Shown here: positions 8,924-19,115 of the stretch, piece after piece
Numbering within the stretch: the first letter of the stretch is position 1
How the letters are laid out: each line of letters begins with the position of its first letter
Origin: a virus
DNA: 64,000 bases
Virus record (IMG/VR): IMGVR_UViG_3300030107_002332
Strand: one strand, 5' to 3'
Notes under the pieces: generated by a model
Told to the model about the DNA's origin: nothing
The model's input: the letters and a program-made list of their open reading frames with translations, nothing else
Database searches by the model: none
Translations under genes and position numbers: made by a program

Positions 8924-10283
8924 ATTTTAATTCAGCAAAGGATTTTTTACCTGCGACTTTTTTAACAATCTCAACTTCTTTTCCAGAATCAACCAGACCA
9001 GTTTGAGCATCTTGGATATCATACAGCCGCATTTTGGATCTGTCAATACCTACAGCAAATCTTTTATTCATTGTAGGATCATTATATCTATTCTTCAACT
9101 GCTTGACCATTATTTGATTCATCTCTTCCAACTCCTCGCTAGATATGAGAGCGAACATAAGGTCAGCAGTAGCAGGGAGTCCGAAAGACTCTGACGTGTC
9201 AGTAAGGTCAACATCAGTAGACCCGAAACCAGCACGAGTAGTTTGAGTAGCACTGACGATTGGTACATTAGATTCGACAGCCAACCCCCTAAGTTCTTCA
9301 GCAATCGCCTTAACATAAGTGTAAGAATTTACAATAGATCCTTTGTACCTTTGGGAGGCACAAATATTTAAGTAGTCTACAAATATTATATCAGGTTTGA
9401 TGCTTCTTTTCAAGGCAAGTTCTTGAATCAATGCTTTAAAGTGTCCAACATGAGCAGATGCAGTAGGATACTCTTTAATGATTAACTTACCCTTTGTTTT
9501 CTTAATAAGTTTATTAATCTTACTTTCATACATTGCCTTAGGTAGATCAGGTAACTTCTGAATAGGTACATTCAAAAGATTAGCATCTATTCTTTCAGCA
9601 ATCTTTTCTTCTGCCATCTCAAGGGTAATGTAAAGAACATTTTTACCTTGTAATAAGACACTAGCAGCAACGTGGCACATAAAGAGAGACTTACCCACGC
9701 CAGTACCTGCAAGAGCAACGTTGAGAGTCTTGTTAGGAAGACCACCCTTTGTAATCTTGTTGAAGAATTCCAAGTCGAAAGGAATTTTGTCCTCACGTCT
9801 ATGGTAGAAATCGAATCTGTCTTCGTAGTTTTGTAAGTAATCATGACCTACATGTTGGTCAAAGGATACACCTAATGCATCACTTAGTATTTGTGGAATA
9901 GCCCCCTTATCCCTCTTTGTGTCTTGGCCATCAGCAATCTTAACACTCTCCATGAGCGAGAGATAGATTGCTCTCTCTTGACACCACTTTTCCGTTGTAT
10001 CAACAAGCCAATCCAGGTCGCTTTTTTCCTCGGATAAACCACCAAGAACCTCCGTAATTTCTTTAAATTGTTCTTCAGATAAATCTGTTCTTTCCTGACA
10101 CTCAATGCCTAATGCATTAAGACATGGTAACGTATTATAATTGCTTATATACTCATGTATTTCAAGAAAGATTACCTTATATGATCTAACAGTAAAATAT
10201 TCCTGCTTGAGGAATGGTAACACTTTACGTGTGTACTCCTCATTATAGATCAAATTACTAAGGATTGTGACTTCTAAGGTCAT
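8916..10283 (-). CDS. g41: Replicative DNA helicase (T4 gp41)
   Basis: Walker A AGTGVGKS, IFVDYLNI, SATQTTRAG; follows uvsX. Confidence 0.95.
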   Translation of the reverse strand: MTLEVTILSNLIYNEEYTRKVLPFLKQEYFTVRSYKVIFLEIHEYISNYNTLPCLNALGIECQERTDLSEEQFKEITEVLGGLSEEKSDLDWLVDTTEKWCQERAIYLSLMESVKIADGQDTKRDKGAIPQILSDALGVSFDQHVGHDYLQNYEDRFDFYHRREDKIPFDLEFFNKITKGGLPNKTLNVALAGTGVGKSLFMCHVAASVLLQGKNVLYITLEMAEEKIAERIDANLLNVPIQKLPDLPKAMYESKINKLIKKTKGKLIIKEYPTASAHVGHFKALIQELALKRSIKPDIIFVDYLNICASQRYKGSIVNSYTYVKAIAEELRGLAVESNVPIVSATQTTRAGFGSTDVDLTDTSESFGLPATADLMFALISSEELEEMNQIMVKQLKNRYNDPTMNKRFAVGIDRSKMRLYDIQDAQTGLVDSGKEVEIVKKVAGKKSFAELKYD

Positions 10284-10876
10284 AGGTAGTGTAGATAAGA
10301 TCCAACAATGTATTTTTTATCAGACTGAGGTTTAAGACCTGCATGTCTGTACTGCCATGTGGCAGGGAATACAAGTATTCTACCACACTTTGGCTGAACT
10401 GCATAATCTAATCTGGGAAAATTAGTTTCACCTCCTGTCACAACACTATTTAAGTAAACAAATAAGACTAAGAATCTACGTGCTGAATTGTAGTCCTGTA
10501 CATCAACATGATCTCTGAACTGATCGTATTCATTATTTTGATACATCTTAATACGATGCTCTTCAAATGCATACTCAACAGGAAAGTCCTGAGCAACACC
10601 GCAATCTTTCATATAAAGATCTACAGCATCCATCAGGACATTGGTTAATTTCTTTTGTACTGGAGTCCATTTAGGATCCTTAGCAAGATATCTCTGAGAG
10701 ACATTCAACTCATTAAAAGATGGTCTCTGTTCTCTATCAGTATAGGTGAACTCTGATGAATTAAATGCTTCAATAGTTTCATTGCAAAAACTTTGATCAA
10801 ATAATCCATCGTAACATTTAATATAGTCTTTGAGTTCAGTTGCCATAACTGAACTCCTTCTTTGCACACTCATCAA
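10280..10876 (-). CDS. 2OG-Fe(II) oxygenase
   Basis: HVD...YLN...GGET.F...HAG...KY motif set. Confidence 0.85.
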   Translation of the reverse strand: MMSVQRRSSVMATELKDYIKCYDGLFDQSFCNETIEAFNSSEFTYTDREQRPSFNELNVSQRYLAKDPKWTPVQKKLTNVLMDAVDLYMKDCGVAQDFPVEYAFEEHRIKMYQNNEYDQFRDHVDVQDYNSARRFLVLFVYLNSVVTGGETNFPRLDYAVQPKCGRILVFPATWQYRHAGLKPQSDKKYIVGSYLHYL

Positions 10877-11849
10877 GTGCTTGCATTATTTCTGGGGTGA
10901 AATACTGTTCAGGAGTTTCCAAAATTGCCTTCGGATAAACCTTCTTCTCCCCCATTTCATAGCGATTCCCTGCCTTCTTAAATACTTCGTACTTTTCACC
11001 CAGTTCAAGTAATCCGTAATAGGAGTCCAGGCCACGTTCGTCATAGAATAACCTCGTTTCTACTTGGGAGTTTTCTTTTGCGAGTCTCGATTTAGCACTC
11101 TTAGCTTTGATAATGTTTCCAACAACTTCTTGCGAATCCTTTTCCTTTTTTTTGCTAAGATAGATGATTGTACTCGCGGCATATTTGAGGCCACTACCGC
11201 CTCCCATTTCTTTAGTTGGGATATAACTGCCGACCACATCGTAGGTATGATTTGTAACTAATAGAGGGACATTTGCCTTACCCAATTTAAGAGTAAGGAC
11301 TCTAAATATTGACTTAACTATTTGAGCACGAGTCATGTCACGTGTCTCTTTACCTGCCTCAGCATCTTCTACCTCTTTAGTAGTAGATAACATGCCAAGA
11401 GAATCAAGAACAAACATCAACGGTTTACGTGACTTTGGATCCTGACTCAGGTATTTATCTAAGATTCTTATCGATTGTGTTCTAAACTCTTGCACCGTTG
11501 TAATTGGTACAATCATCATACGATTGGCATCTATATTTCTAGACTCAATCATCTGCTTACTTATAGCAGATTCTGATTCAAAATATATGACACCAGCATC
11601 GGGATTAGACTCAAGGAAATGCTGGACAACGCCAAGACAAAAATAAGTCTTGCCAGTACTTGACTCTCCAGCGAGAGCAGTGATTTTATTTCCTGGGATT
11701 CCCCCGAATATTGACCCAGATACAAGAGCATTAAAAATATAGCTACCAGTGTCGATAAAGCCGCTTGTATCACCAGCTGCCACTCCATCTGAGACCAAGC
11801 TAGCATATTCATTATCAATCTCCTTAACGATGTCTTTTAAGAAACTCAT
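10836..11849 (-). CDS. uvsX: RecA-like recombinase UvsX
   Basis: [32 protein letters not shown]. Confidence 0.95.
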   Translation of the reverse strand: MSFLKDIVKEIDNEYASLVSDGVAAGDTSGFIDTGSYIFNALVSGSIFGGIPGNKITALAGESSTGKTYFCLGVVQHFLESNPDAGVIYFESESAISKQMIESRNIDANRMMIVPITTVQEFRTQSIRILDKYLSQDPKSRKPLMFVLDSLGMLSTTKEVEDAEAGKETRDMTRAQIVKSIFRVLTLKLGKANVPLLVTNHTYDVVGSYIPTKEMGGGSGLKYAASTIIYLSKKKEKDSQEVVGNIIKAKSAKSRLAKENSQVETRLFYDERGLDSYYGLLELGEKYEVFKKAGNRYEMGEKKVYPKAILETPEQYFTPEIMQALDECAKKEFSYGN

Positions 11850-11998
11850 GGTGACTTCTTATATAATTTAGTAATGTAATTGGTTCGCTTCATGGCTCTT
11901 TCAAACCATTCTGCTTCGAGGATATCAAAGAATTCTTTCTCCTCTGGCATAGCACCAGCACCAAAAGCTTTCTTGTATTCGACTATGTAAGTGGTCAT
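11846..11998 (-). CDS. 50-aa hypothetical protein ([15 protein letters not shown]...), not in ORF track
   Basis: ATGA overlaps at both ends (g43 stop, uvsX start). Confidence 0.7.
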   Translation of the reverse strand: MTTYIVEYKKAFGAGAMPEEKEFFDILEAEWFERAMKRTNYITKLYKKSP

Positions 11999-14481
11999 CC
12001 AAATAAAAATTCAAGGTTAGCAACTTTTTCTGACTTCCATCCAATCTTATCTAATATGACCTTTATAGGATCTAAGAAACTCTTCTCAAATTGTAGGTCA
12101 TAGTCTACTGATTTGTCAAGCCCAAGTTCACGAGGGAACGTATTCAAATAACTGATCACGTTCTCACCTATTTTATTTGGGGTCTTTAAATACACAAACT
12201 TAATCTTTTCTCCATCTTGTATAAGAGGATACTTGTGCGTTAGTTTGTTCTTCTTGTTGTAATGGTTATACAGCAAGGCACCACGCACATGTATGGGTGT
12301 ACTTTTACTGTAGATAGCAGATGGATTCGCCCACTTATTTATCCCATTACATCCTCTGGGAAATGATATGTCTTCAACAGGTAACTCTGAGAAATTATCT
12401 CTAAAATCTTTGATGAATCTCTGTGCTGATGCTTCATCCTCATTCATAATAACATTCAGACATTCCTTAATCTTATTTCTACATGCACTTGGAGTAGAAG
12501 ATTTAACTGCCTCCAATCCCATGATCTTTAGTTTAGGTTTCTCATACCTAACACCCTCACTGTCCCATACATTAAGGATGTAACGTTTCTTGGCAGTCCA
12601 TATACCTTTGTTGGCAATGTTCTCCCTCTTCATTATCATTTTTTGGTCATAAGCGTTGACATAGGTGGCCAATTCTTGGTAAGAACTCTCAATATACTTT
12701 TCAAATTCCAGATCACAGACCTTATTAAGGAACGACACAACGCCCTTATCAGTTTTCTCTCTCCCCTTGTATACAGTCTCAACCAGAGGACCCAAGTTGA
12801 GGTAGATACTATCAGTATCACTAGCAATAACATAATCTTCCTCCTCAGTTTTAAGTATCTTATTCAGATACTGATTCATTTTATTTTCTATCCATCGGAT
12901 GCTAACTTGACCCGATAGAGTAATCGCCTCAGCGTTAGATAAGTTGTAATATCTAAAGTACTGATTTCCAATGGCACCATAAGCTGAGTTAAGCTGGATC
13001 TTTCGAGCCATTTGGATGTTATTGAATTTACTAATATCTCTTTGTAGTTTCGGAGTCGGGTTAACTTCATAATCCCTCTTCGCTTGAAGCATTTTCTTTT
13101 TATAAATCGTTCGCTCATTGTAAATCTTCTCCATCATTTCAGGTAAGAATCCCCTTATGTCCTTGCGGTATTGTGCTCCATTGGCACACACTGCAGAATC
13201 TCCATCGATCCTAACGGTTCGGTTGAGCAGTCCATCAACTGTGGCACTGGGGTGTCTTGTTCCAAGTAAGGTTTCGGGACTGATGTTGTACTGCATGATG
13301 AGGTGAGGATACAGACTGTTAAGGTCAAAACTGACAACCCAATCATATTTTCCTGGTATAGGTTCTTTAACATAAGCCCCTGCATATTTCTCATCCTTCT
13401 TTGCTCCTTTCTTAGCGGGTACAACAACACTACGATCTGTAAGATAGTTATATATCATCGTATCCCACATACGTACTTGACTATACACATCTTCAAAGTT
13501 TGCCTTAGCATCATAAGACATGGTGATAGCAAGTTCTAACAACTTCATCTTATCTTCCAGTCTGTCAATCAACTCAACGTCTTGGATGTTGTACTCAATA
13601 AACTTCTGCCAATCTCTTGTATAGAAATCTTTAAAATTCTCATACTCACTGTGATCTAACTTCCGTTGACCCAACTCAACAAAGGCGATATGATCGAGTC
13701 TATATGACTCTTGGTTACTATAAGTAAACTTACGGTAAAGATCAAGATAGTCGAGAATGTTGATCCCACTAAGATCATAAGCATAATTTTTACGTCCTTG
13801 GACATATACTTCCCTCTCATTTGCTCTGTTCCAAGGTGACAGTGATCTCATCCACTTACTACCAAGAACTCTGTTTACACGACGGGCAATGTAAGGTACA
13901 TCATACAAATTAACATTCCATCCTGTCAATATATCTGGTGTATTTAATGTCCACCACTCCAAGAAATGACAAAGCATTTCTTTCTCACTCCAAAAAATAT
14001 TTGCTTCTATACCATCAGGTACATCAAACTCTCTTACTGCCCAAACAAAAAACTTTTTAGTTACAAGATCCTTAACTGTAATAGATAGCATCTCTTCTGC
14101 TGCTTCTTCTACAGAAGGGAATCCATTATCACACTGAACCTCAATGTCCAATGCAAAGATCTTCATCTGATTGATATTATAATCTATCTCACCAGGAAAC
14201 TCACGTCTTATATACTGATATACAAAACGCTCATAACCAAAAACTTCAAATCCTTCTACACCATCATACTGTTTAATGAATTCTCTGGCACTCCTTGCCG
14301 TCATGAACTCTATAGGTTTTACAGGTCTACCATCTAATGTATGGAATTCCTCTTCCTTATTAGATGGAACATATAACGTAGGTGAAAACTGTCCACGAAA
14401 CTGGACAGGTTTACCATCCTCATACCCTCTATACAGGATAGTGTCCCCTGCTAACTGGATGTTCGTATAGAACTGACTCAT
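11995..14481 (-). CDS. g43: Family B DNA polymerase (T4 gp43)
   Basis: Exo DIE, SFDLNSLYPH, KIQLNSAYG, ASDTDS; uninterrupted. Confidence 0.97.
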   Translation of the reverse strand: MSQFYTNIQLAGDTILYRGYEDGKPVQFRGQFSPTLYVPSNKEEEFHTLDGRPVKPIEFMTARSAREFIKQYDGVEGFEVFGYERFVYQYIRREFPGEIDYNINQMKIFALDIEVQCDNGFPSVEEAAEEMLSITVKDLVTKKFFVWAVREFDVPDGIEANIFWSEKEMLCHFLEWWTLNTPDILTGWNVNLYDVPYIARRVNRVLGSKWMRSLSPWNRANEREVYVQGRKNYAYDLSGINILDYLDLYRKFTYSNQESYRLDHIAFVELGQRKLDHSEYENFKDFYTRDWQKFIEYNIQDVELIDRLEDKMKLLELAITMSYDAKANFEDVYSQVRMWDTMIYNYLTDRSVVVPAKKGAKKDEKYAGAYVKEPIPGKYDWVVSFDLNSLYPHLIMQYNISPETLLGTRHPSATVDGLLNRTVRIDGDSAVCANGAQYRKDIRGFLPEMMEKIYNERTIYKKKMLQAKRDYEVNPTPKLQRDISKFNNIQMARKIQLNSAYGAIGNQYFRYYNLSNAEAITLSGQVSIRWIENKMNQYLNKILKTEEEDYVIASDTDSIYLNLGPLVETVYKGREKTDKGVVSFLNKVCDLEFEKYIESSYQELATYVNAYDQKMIMKRENIANKGIWTAKKRYILNVWDSEGVRYEKPKLKIMGLEAVKSSTPSACRNKIKECLNVIMNEDEASAQRFIKDFRDNFSELPVEDISFPRGCNGINKWANPSAIYSKSTPIHVRGALLYNHYNKKNKLTHKYPLIQDGEKIKFVYLKTPNKIGENVISYLNTFPRELGLDKSVDYDLQFEKSFLDPIKVILDKIGWKSEKVANLEFLFG

Positions 14482-14783
14482 TTAATATCGTTGTAGAGCT
14501 TAGCTACTTCGGGACTTGGATCCAGTATACTCAAAACAACGTCAGATGTCAAGAACATGTCACGTTGAGCACTGTGCTTTGGAAATGGTGTGAGTCCCTC
14601 ATCAGTGACCTCATAACATCCTTCCATAAGGATACTAGGTTCCTCATCAAGTTCTGTAACTGCTCCAACCAGATACTCAGGTCGTTGCTTCAACAGGATT
14701 ATCTTGATCTGCTGCTGAAGCATTGAATCCTCCATCGGTTCCAATGGTGCTTCCTGCGGTGTCTGTACTATTTCCTCTTCCAT
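14478..14783 (-). CDS. Conserved hypothetical protein (possibly Sm-like fold)
   Basis: 101 aa; usual position upstream of g43. Confidence 0.65.
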   Translation of the reverse strand: MEEEIVQTPQEAPLEPMEDSMLQQQIKIILLKQRPEYLVGAVTELDEEPSILMEGCYEVTDEGLTPFPKHSAQRDMFLTSDVVLSILDPSPEVAKLYNDIK

Positions 14784-15093
14784 TAGTTGCTCCTACTAGT
14801 TCGTTATACTTTTTGATAATTTCTTCATAAGTTTCATATGCTGTCACAACCTCATCAAGTTTCAACATGATTGTATCCTTTAATGAGAGAGGTGCCCAAG
14901 GTCTAAAACTTATCTCTGGATCACTGACCTTTTGGATATCATCATCCTCAAGACCTTCTTCCATGACATAAACATTATAAGGGTTACGTAATTGAAATGC
15001 TATGGGTTTCTCAGGTTCTTCCTTAGTTGTCACCTCATAGAGATCAGCAATTACATCCTCACCGTTTCGCATTCTTACGATTCTTACGCTCAT
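14677..15093 (-). CDS. Conserved hypothetical protein (possibly Sm-like fold)
   Basis: MSVRIVRMRNGEDVIADL motif. Confidence 0.7.
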   Translation of the reverse strand: MSVRIVRMRNGEDVIADLYEVTTKEEPEKPIAFQLRNPYNVYVMEEGLEDDDIQKVSDPEISFRPWAPLSLKDTIMLKLDEVVTAYETYEEIIKKYNELVGATNGRGNSTDTAGSTIGTDGGFNASAADQDNPVEATT

Positions 15094-15289
15094 AATCTCT
15101 CCGTTGTATTTCGTTAATGGACTCTTTAATAATGTCCTTTAGAATCCTTGATTCATGGACATTCTTTTCCTCTGCAATAGGACGGACATATCGTAGCAGT
15201 TCTTCAGTATAACCCGAAGGTACGTCAAGTGTCAAGAGGTCACTATCACCATTATAGTTGTTTGATTTCAGATTCAAATAAACATTCAT
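15059..15289 (-). CDS. Hypothetical protein
   Basis: ATG at 15289 with GGAG RBS (the track uses a TTG at 15301). Confidence 0.65.
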   Translation of the reverse strand: MNVYLNLKSNNYNGDSDLLTLDVPSGYTEELLRYVRPIAEEKNVHESRILKDIIKESINEIQRRDYERKNRKNAKR

Positions 15290-15300
15290 TATAATCTCCA

Positions 15301-15326
15301 AATAAAAAGAGACCCTCAGGTCTCTT
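15301..15326 (-). terminator. Rho-independent terminator after pstS
   Basis: AAGAGACC-4nt-GGTCTCTT hairpin then U-rich run on minus strand. Confidence 0.7.
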
Positions 15327-15345
15327 CTGTTGTTTATTATATATG

Positions 15346-16308
15346 CTACTTTGATATTCGCTCTACAGCAGCACGAGACTTCTCAAGGATGTCACCTCTC
15401 AGTGGTACATAACCAAGTTTAGATGCCTTCTCTTGATACTCTGTAGAGAGTAACCTTGATAGGGTTGTCTTTATGGCTTCAGTCTTACGACCATTACCAG
15501 TCTCATAAGCAAGTACCCATGTAAGCGTAGCAATAGAGTATGCCCCTTCTGCTGTAGGGTTAGGGTCTGTCCCTGCGAGGTTTTCATCAAGTGATATCCC
15601 ATTGAGTGCCACAGCACCCGACTCAACTGATGGTGTAATAAACTCACCATTCTTATTCTCAAGGGCAGCAGCAACAACTTCACCCTTAATGTAGGACTGA
15701 TTAACATAACCAATAGCACCTTCAGTATTTCTAATAACACCAGCAACACCAGCATTACCTTTAGAACCAATACCTACTGGCCATGATACTGCCTTACCAA
15801 CTCCAAGTTTCCATTTCTTAGAGAATTCATTCATGGAGTTTGTAAATGCTGCTGTAGTACCAGATCCATCTGACCTGTATACCCATAGCATTTTCTTATC
15901 CTCACATCCGACCTGAGACCAGTTATCGATCTCACCAATAGCAACTTGTACTGCTTGTTCTTGAGATAGTTTTAGATCACAACCAGGCATATTATAACCA
16001 AAGGCAATAGTACCTCCAGTCAGAGGTATCTGTACGAGACCTCTATCTACCTTGTCTATATCAACTTGCTTCATAGGGTCATCAGAAGCACCGAAGTCTA
16101 CTGTCTGATCTATGAATGCCTTTCGACCTGAACCGCTACCAATTGACTGGTAATTTACTCTATGTCCATCCTTTTCTTTAGACCAGTCAGCAAACCAACG
16201 GGTATAAATTTTAGACGGAAAAGAAGCACCAGCCCCGCTTAGTCTTTGACCTGCGTGTACTGGTGCTATGAGAGCAGACAATGCTGCTATTGCGATAAGC
16301 CTTTTCAT
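15346..16308 (-). CDS. pstS: Phosphate ABC transporter substrate-binding protein PstS
   Basis: Signal peptide; GAGASFP, YQSIGSGSG, DFGASD, RSDGSGTT. Confidence 0.95.
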   Translation of the reverse strand: MKRLIAIAALSALIAPVHAGQRLSGAGASFPSKIYTRWFADWSKEKDGHRVNYQSIGSGSGRKAFIDQTVDFGASDDPMKQVDIDKVDRGLVQIPLTGGTIAFGYNMPGCDLKLSQEQAVQVAIGEIDNWSQVGCEDKKMLWVYRSDGSGTTAAFTNSMNEFSKKWKLGVGKAVSWPVGIGSKGNAGVAGVIRNTEGAIGYVNQSYIKGEVVAAALENKNGEFITPSVESGAVALNGISLDENLAGTDPNPTAEGAYSIATLTWVLAYETGNGRKTEAIKTTLSRLLSTEYQEKASKLGYVPLRGDILEKSRAAVERISK

Positions 16309-16337
16309 TAGGATCCGCTTAAGGGCTCTTTTATATA

Positions 16338-16370
16338 GAGCAATTTAACCGTATCTTAATCTCCTGTCAA
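16338..16370 (-). promoter_or_regulatory. pstS promoter with Pho-box-like 11-bp-period TTAA repeats
   Basis: TTGACA (16370-16365)-17bp-TAAATT; TTTAACC at 16344-16350 and CTTAATCT at 16355-16362. Confidence 0.6.
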
Positions 16371-16799
16371 GTAATCCTTACGTGCATGATGATCTGGAAC
16401 TATCTTTCCCAGTTCGACTGAGAGGAGTCCATCATCAAAGCTGACCTGTCGTACTTCCGTATCATCAGATAGCGTCCAAGACCTCTTGAATGACCTTTGA
16501 GCGAGCCCTTTGTGGACAAACTCTCCATCTGCTTCCTTATCCTCTTTGATGCCTTCGACAAATAGTTTTCCAAACTCCGTGAAGACTTTGACCTCATCTT
16601 TCTTAAACCCTGCAAGTGCTATCTCCAATCTTGATTCATGATTATTTAACTGAACCAGGTTAAAGGGTGGGTAATTTGATGATGGTCCTTGACTTCGGAA
16701 AAAATCGTCAAAGTAATTATCAAGTCCAATGCTGTTACGTGCTAATTTCTCCATCAACTGTGGTAAATCAGACGCAGTATATCTTTGTAGTCCTGTCAT
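16356..16799 (-). CDS. hsp20: Small heat-shock protein Hsp20
   Basis: NYPPFNLV, LEIALAGF, HKGLAQRSF, DGLL alpha-crystallin motifs; AGGAGG RBS. Confidence 0.93.
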   Translation of the reverse strand: MTGLQRYTASDLPQLMEKLARNSIGLDNYFDDFFRSQGPSSNYPPFNLVQLNNHESRLEIALAGFKKDEVKVFTEFGKLFVEGIKEDKEADGEFVHKGLAQRSFKRSWTLSDDTEVRQVSFDDGLLSVELGKIVPDHHARKDYLTGD

Positions 16800-16860
16800 G
16801 ATGCCTCCTTAAATAAGCTAGGTGTAGTGTGTGTCCCTTAATGGCGACACTACTATTTAA
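16800..16860 (-). promoter_or_regulatory. hsp20 late promoter (TAAATA 16854-16859) and structured 5' leader
   Basis: Hairpin GTGTC(G)CC-ATTAA-GG-GACAC between promoter and RBS. Confidence 0.55.
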
Positions 16861-16941
16861 CCATATACTTAAGATTTCTGGAAGTGTGATTGTTACTACC
16901 TCATTGGACGGTTGTTTCTACCTATATAATTGTAGGTAAAA

Positions 16942-17460
16942 ATGTCTAAAAGCATGAAGAAATTACTTCCTATTATTATGCTATTAGCAGCTCCTATGTC
17001 TGCTCGTGCAGATATGACTCATAGTCTAAGTAGTTCTGTACAGTTGCAAACTGATGCTGCTATCACTAGTGTGCATCGTGCTGGTAACGTATACAGTACA
17101 ACTGGTTCTGGTGTCTCCACTACTATAACACCTTCTGGTGGTAGTGCAGCGAGTGATCTCGGTGGAATATCTGCTGTAAGTACTGCAGGTGTTGCAACGT
17201 TTGCACTTCCTGATGTAGCACAAACGACTCAAGGTAATGCATATACATTCACTCAGAATATAACTACTGGTGATAGTATTGTTACTACTGCACCTGATGT
17301 AGGTGATGTACTAGCTTATTCTAATCAGACATCCTATGCTGCTGGTGATAAAACTGGTTTGGCTGGTACCATAACTACTGCTGGTGCCATGACTTTAACA
17401 GCTGGTGGAGCTGGTAGTTCAGCTACTGGACAATTCGTATCAGAGCTCTCAATACGATAG
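16942..17460 (+). CDS. Secreted Thr/Gly/Ser-rich hypothetical protein
   Basis: MKKLLPIIMLLAAPMSARA signal peptide; beta-rich composition. Confidence 0.75.
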   Translation: MSKSMKKLLPIIMLLAAPMSARADMTHSLSSSVQLQTDAAITSVHRAGNVYSTTGSGVSTTITPSGGSAASDLGGISAVSTAGVATFALPDVAQTTQGNAYTFTQNITTGDSIVTTAPDVGDVLAYSNQTSYAAGDKTGLAGTITTAGAMTLTAGGAGSSATGQFVSELSIR

Positions 17461-17487
17461 TGAATCTGTTTTCAAGATTTTTTAAAA

Positions 17488-17982
17488 ATGATGAAGAAGA
17501 TTCTGAAATATGCTCTTGTTGTGGGATGTGTAAGTGTAGGTGTTGCACCTGCCCTGGCGGTCCCAGTGGTCCCAAACTTCCAACAGGGCTCGATGACGAG
17601 CCATACGGAGACTGAAAGTACAGTAACAGAGACAATAAATTCAATTGATTATAGAACAGGATGGGAATACTCAGTAACTGGGGTAGGCATCTCCAACGAT
17701 GGAGCAGCACTCAACCCCAACGTGAATACATCAACAGTGACAGTAACTCCATCTTCAGCAGGAAATGGTTCAGCTGGAGGAGTGACAATAACAGGAGCAG
17801 TGACAAGTTCATTCGACACACTAGACTTCGACAACAATGGAACCTTCACAATAACAACACCAGGAGAGGCATTTCAATTTACCCAACATTATCAAGGGCC
17901 TGGTATAACCAACCAGACCGTCATACAAAGAGTGACCGAAGTAAAATCCGTCACAGATACAACAAGCGTCTTTACCCAATAG
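17488..17982 (+). CDS. Secreted hypothetical protein (VVPNFQQGSMTSHTET)
   Basis: Signal peptide ending ...APALA; Thr-rich. Confidence 0.75.
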   Translation: MMKKILKYALVVGCVSVGVAPALAVPVVPNFQQGSMTSHTETESTVTETINSIDYRTGWEYSVTGVGISNDGAALNPNVNTSTVTVTPSSAGNGSAGGVTITGAVTSSFDTLDFDNNGTFTITTPGEAFQFTQHYQGPGITNQTVIQRVTEVKSVTDTTSVFTQ

Positions 17983-19115
17983 CACTATGTCTAACTCAAC
18001 TTGCGATTGCCCCTGCCACACTGGCGGAAGGTGTAGGGGGTGTAAGTGCGACAGCTAATCCTATCGCCAATAGTTCTGGCTCAGTAACCAACCAGGCAAT
18101 ACAAGTATTACAAGGTCCATACGTAACTAACACCTACGGTGGTGGAGTGTCATGTCAAGGTACGACTCTCAATATGACACCATACATCCAATTTGCTGAT
18201 AGTAGAAAGGATCCTTGGGAAGATTTTTATAACGAACCGCAATATAATATGTCTGACTTTACTGGTCGGACTACCAAACAAACAGTTACAGTAAAGAACT
18301 ATCCTTGGGAGTCATGGTATGACGATAGGACTAAAGCAGATGGCACCAGATGGTTCCCTGATGGAGAAGATATACAAATAGAAGTAGACGTAGATGGTCC
18401 TGATGGTGTACCTGATTTGGTAGCAGATGGTAGTGAAATGACACCTACATGGCACAAACCAATAAGAACTGATATGAGAGCAAACCAATCTCTTAACTTA
18501 GGATTGTCTGCTACTCTATCCATACCACTCAATAGAGGTATGCAACGTAAGTGTAAGGAAGCAGCAATAGCACAGATAAACATGCAGACTCAATTGACTG
18601 CTAACAAGAGATTAGACTTCGAGATCGCACGTCTCAAAAACTGTGGAGAGCTCAAGAAGGCTGGAATATTTTTCCATCCAGCATCACCATACCATGCTGT
18701 ATGTGCTGATGTAGTAGTAACTAATCCAGGTGGTCAGCTAGTACCTCATACTCATAAACTACCTCAACCTAACTTTGAGGATTCTTCTTCTGAGACTCCT
18801 TCTTCTGGTTCTCAATCTTCTTCTCTTCCTTCTTCCGAGCCTTCTCCTTCTTCGCATGATTCTTCGCAAAAGGGATCGGAAGTAGACCTTTCTTCACTCG
18901 ATACTCGTTCGTCCTCAGTTCTTCCTGAGTCGGACGATAAGGGGTTTTTCCAAGGACTGAGTTCACTTTTCCGATCACCTTCTTCACAGCAGGTTTCACC
19001 ACCTTCAGAAGCAAATCAGCTAGGGGTTTTGCAAGTAGGGCAGATGACGCAGCCACAGACGCAATCACAGCAGTCGTCGTCACAATCTGAGCAGAAGGAA
19101 GATACTGCTCAATAA
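17661..19115 (+). CDS. Secreted Cys-containing hypothetical protein; true start uncertain (probably near 17950)
   Basis: Signal-like KRLYPIALCLTQLAIAPATLA at ~17967-18027; globular body to ~18770; Ser/Gln-rich tail overlaps an antisense gene. Confidence 0.65.
   Translation: MGILSNWGRHLQRWSSTQPQREYINSDSNSIFSRKWFSWRSDNNRSSDKFIRHTRLRQQWNLHNNNTRRGISIYPTLSRAWYNQPDRHTKSDRSKIRHRYNKRLYPIALCLTQLAIAPATLAEGVGGVSATANPIANSSGSVTNQAIQVLQGPYVTNTYGGGVSCQGTTLNMTPYIQFADSRKDPWEDFYNEPQYNMSDFTGRTTKQTVTVKNYPWESWYDDRTKADGTRWFPDGEDIQIEVDVDGPDGVPDLVADGSEMTPTWHKPIRTDMRANQSLNLGLSATLSIPLNRGMQRKCKEAAIAQINMQTQLTANKRLDFEIARLKNCGELKKAGIFFHPASPYHAVCADVVVTNPGGQLVPHTHKLPQPNFEDSSSETPSSGSQSSSLPSSEPSPSSHDSSQKGSEVDLSSLDTRSSSVLPESDDKGFFQGLSSLFRSPSSQQVSPPSEANQLGVLQVGQMTQPQTQSQQSSSQSEQKEDTAQ

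Noticed and set aside
11995-14481. Possible intron or intein in g43 (also checked g41, g17, g20, g23)
   Set aside because: All are continuous and of ordinary length, with no intein or intron signature seen.
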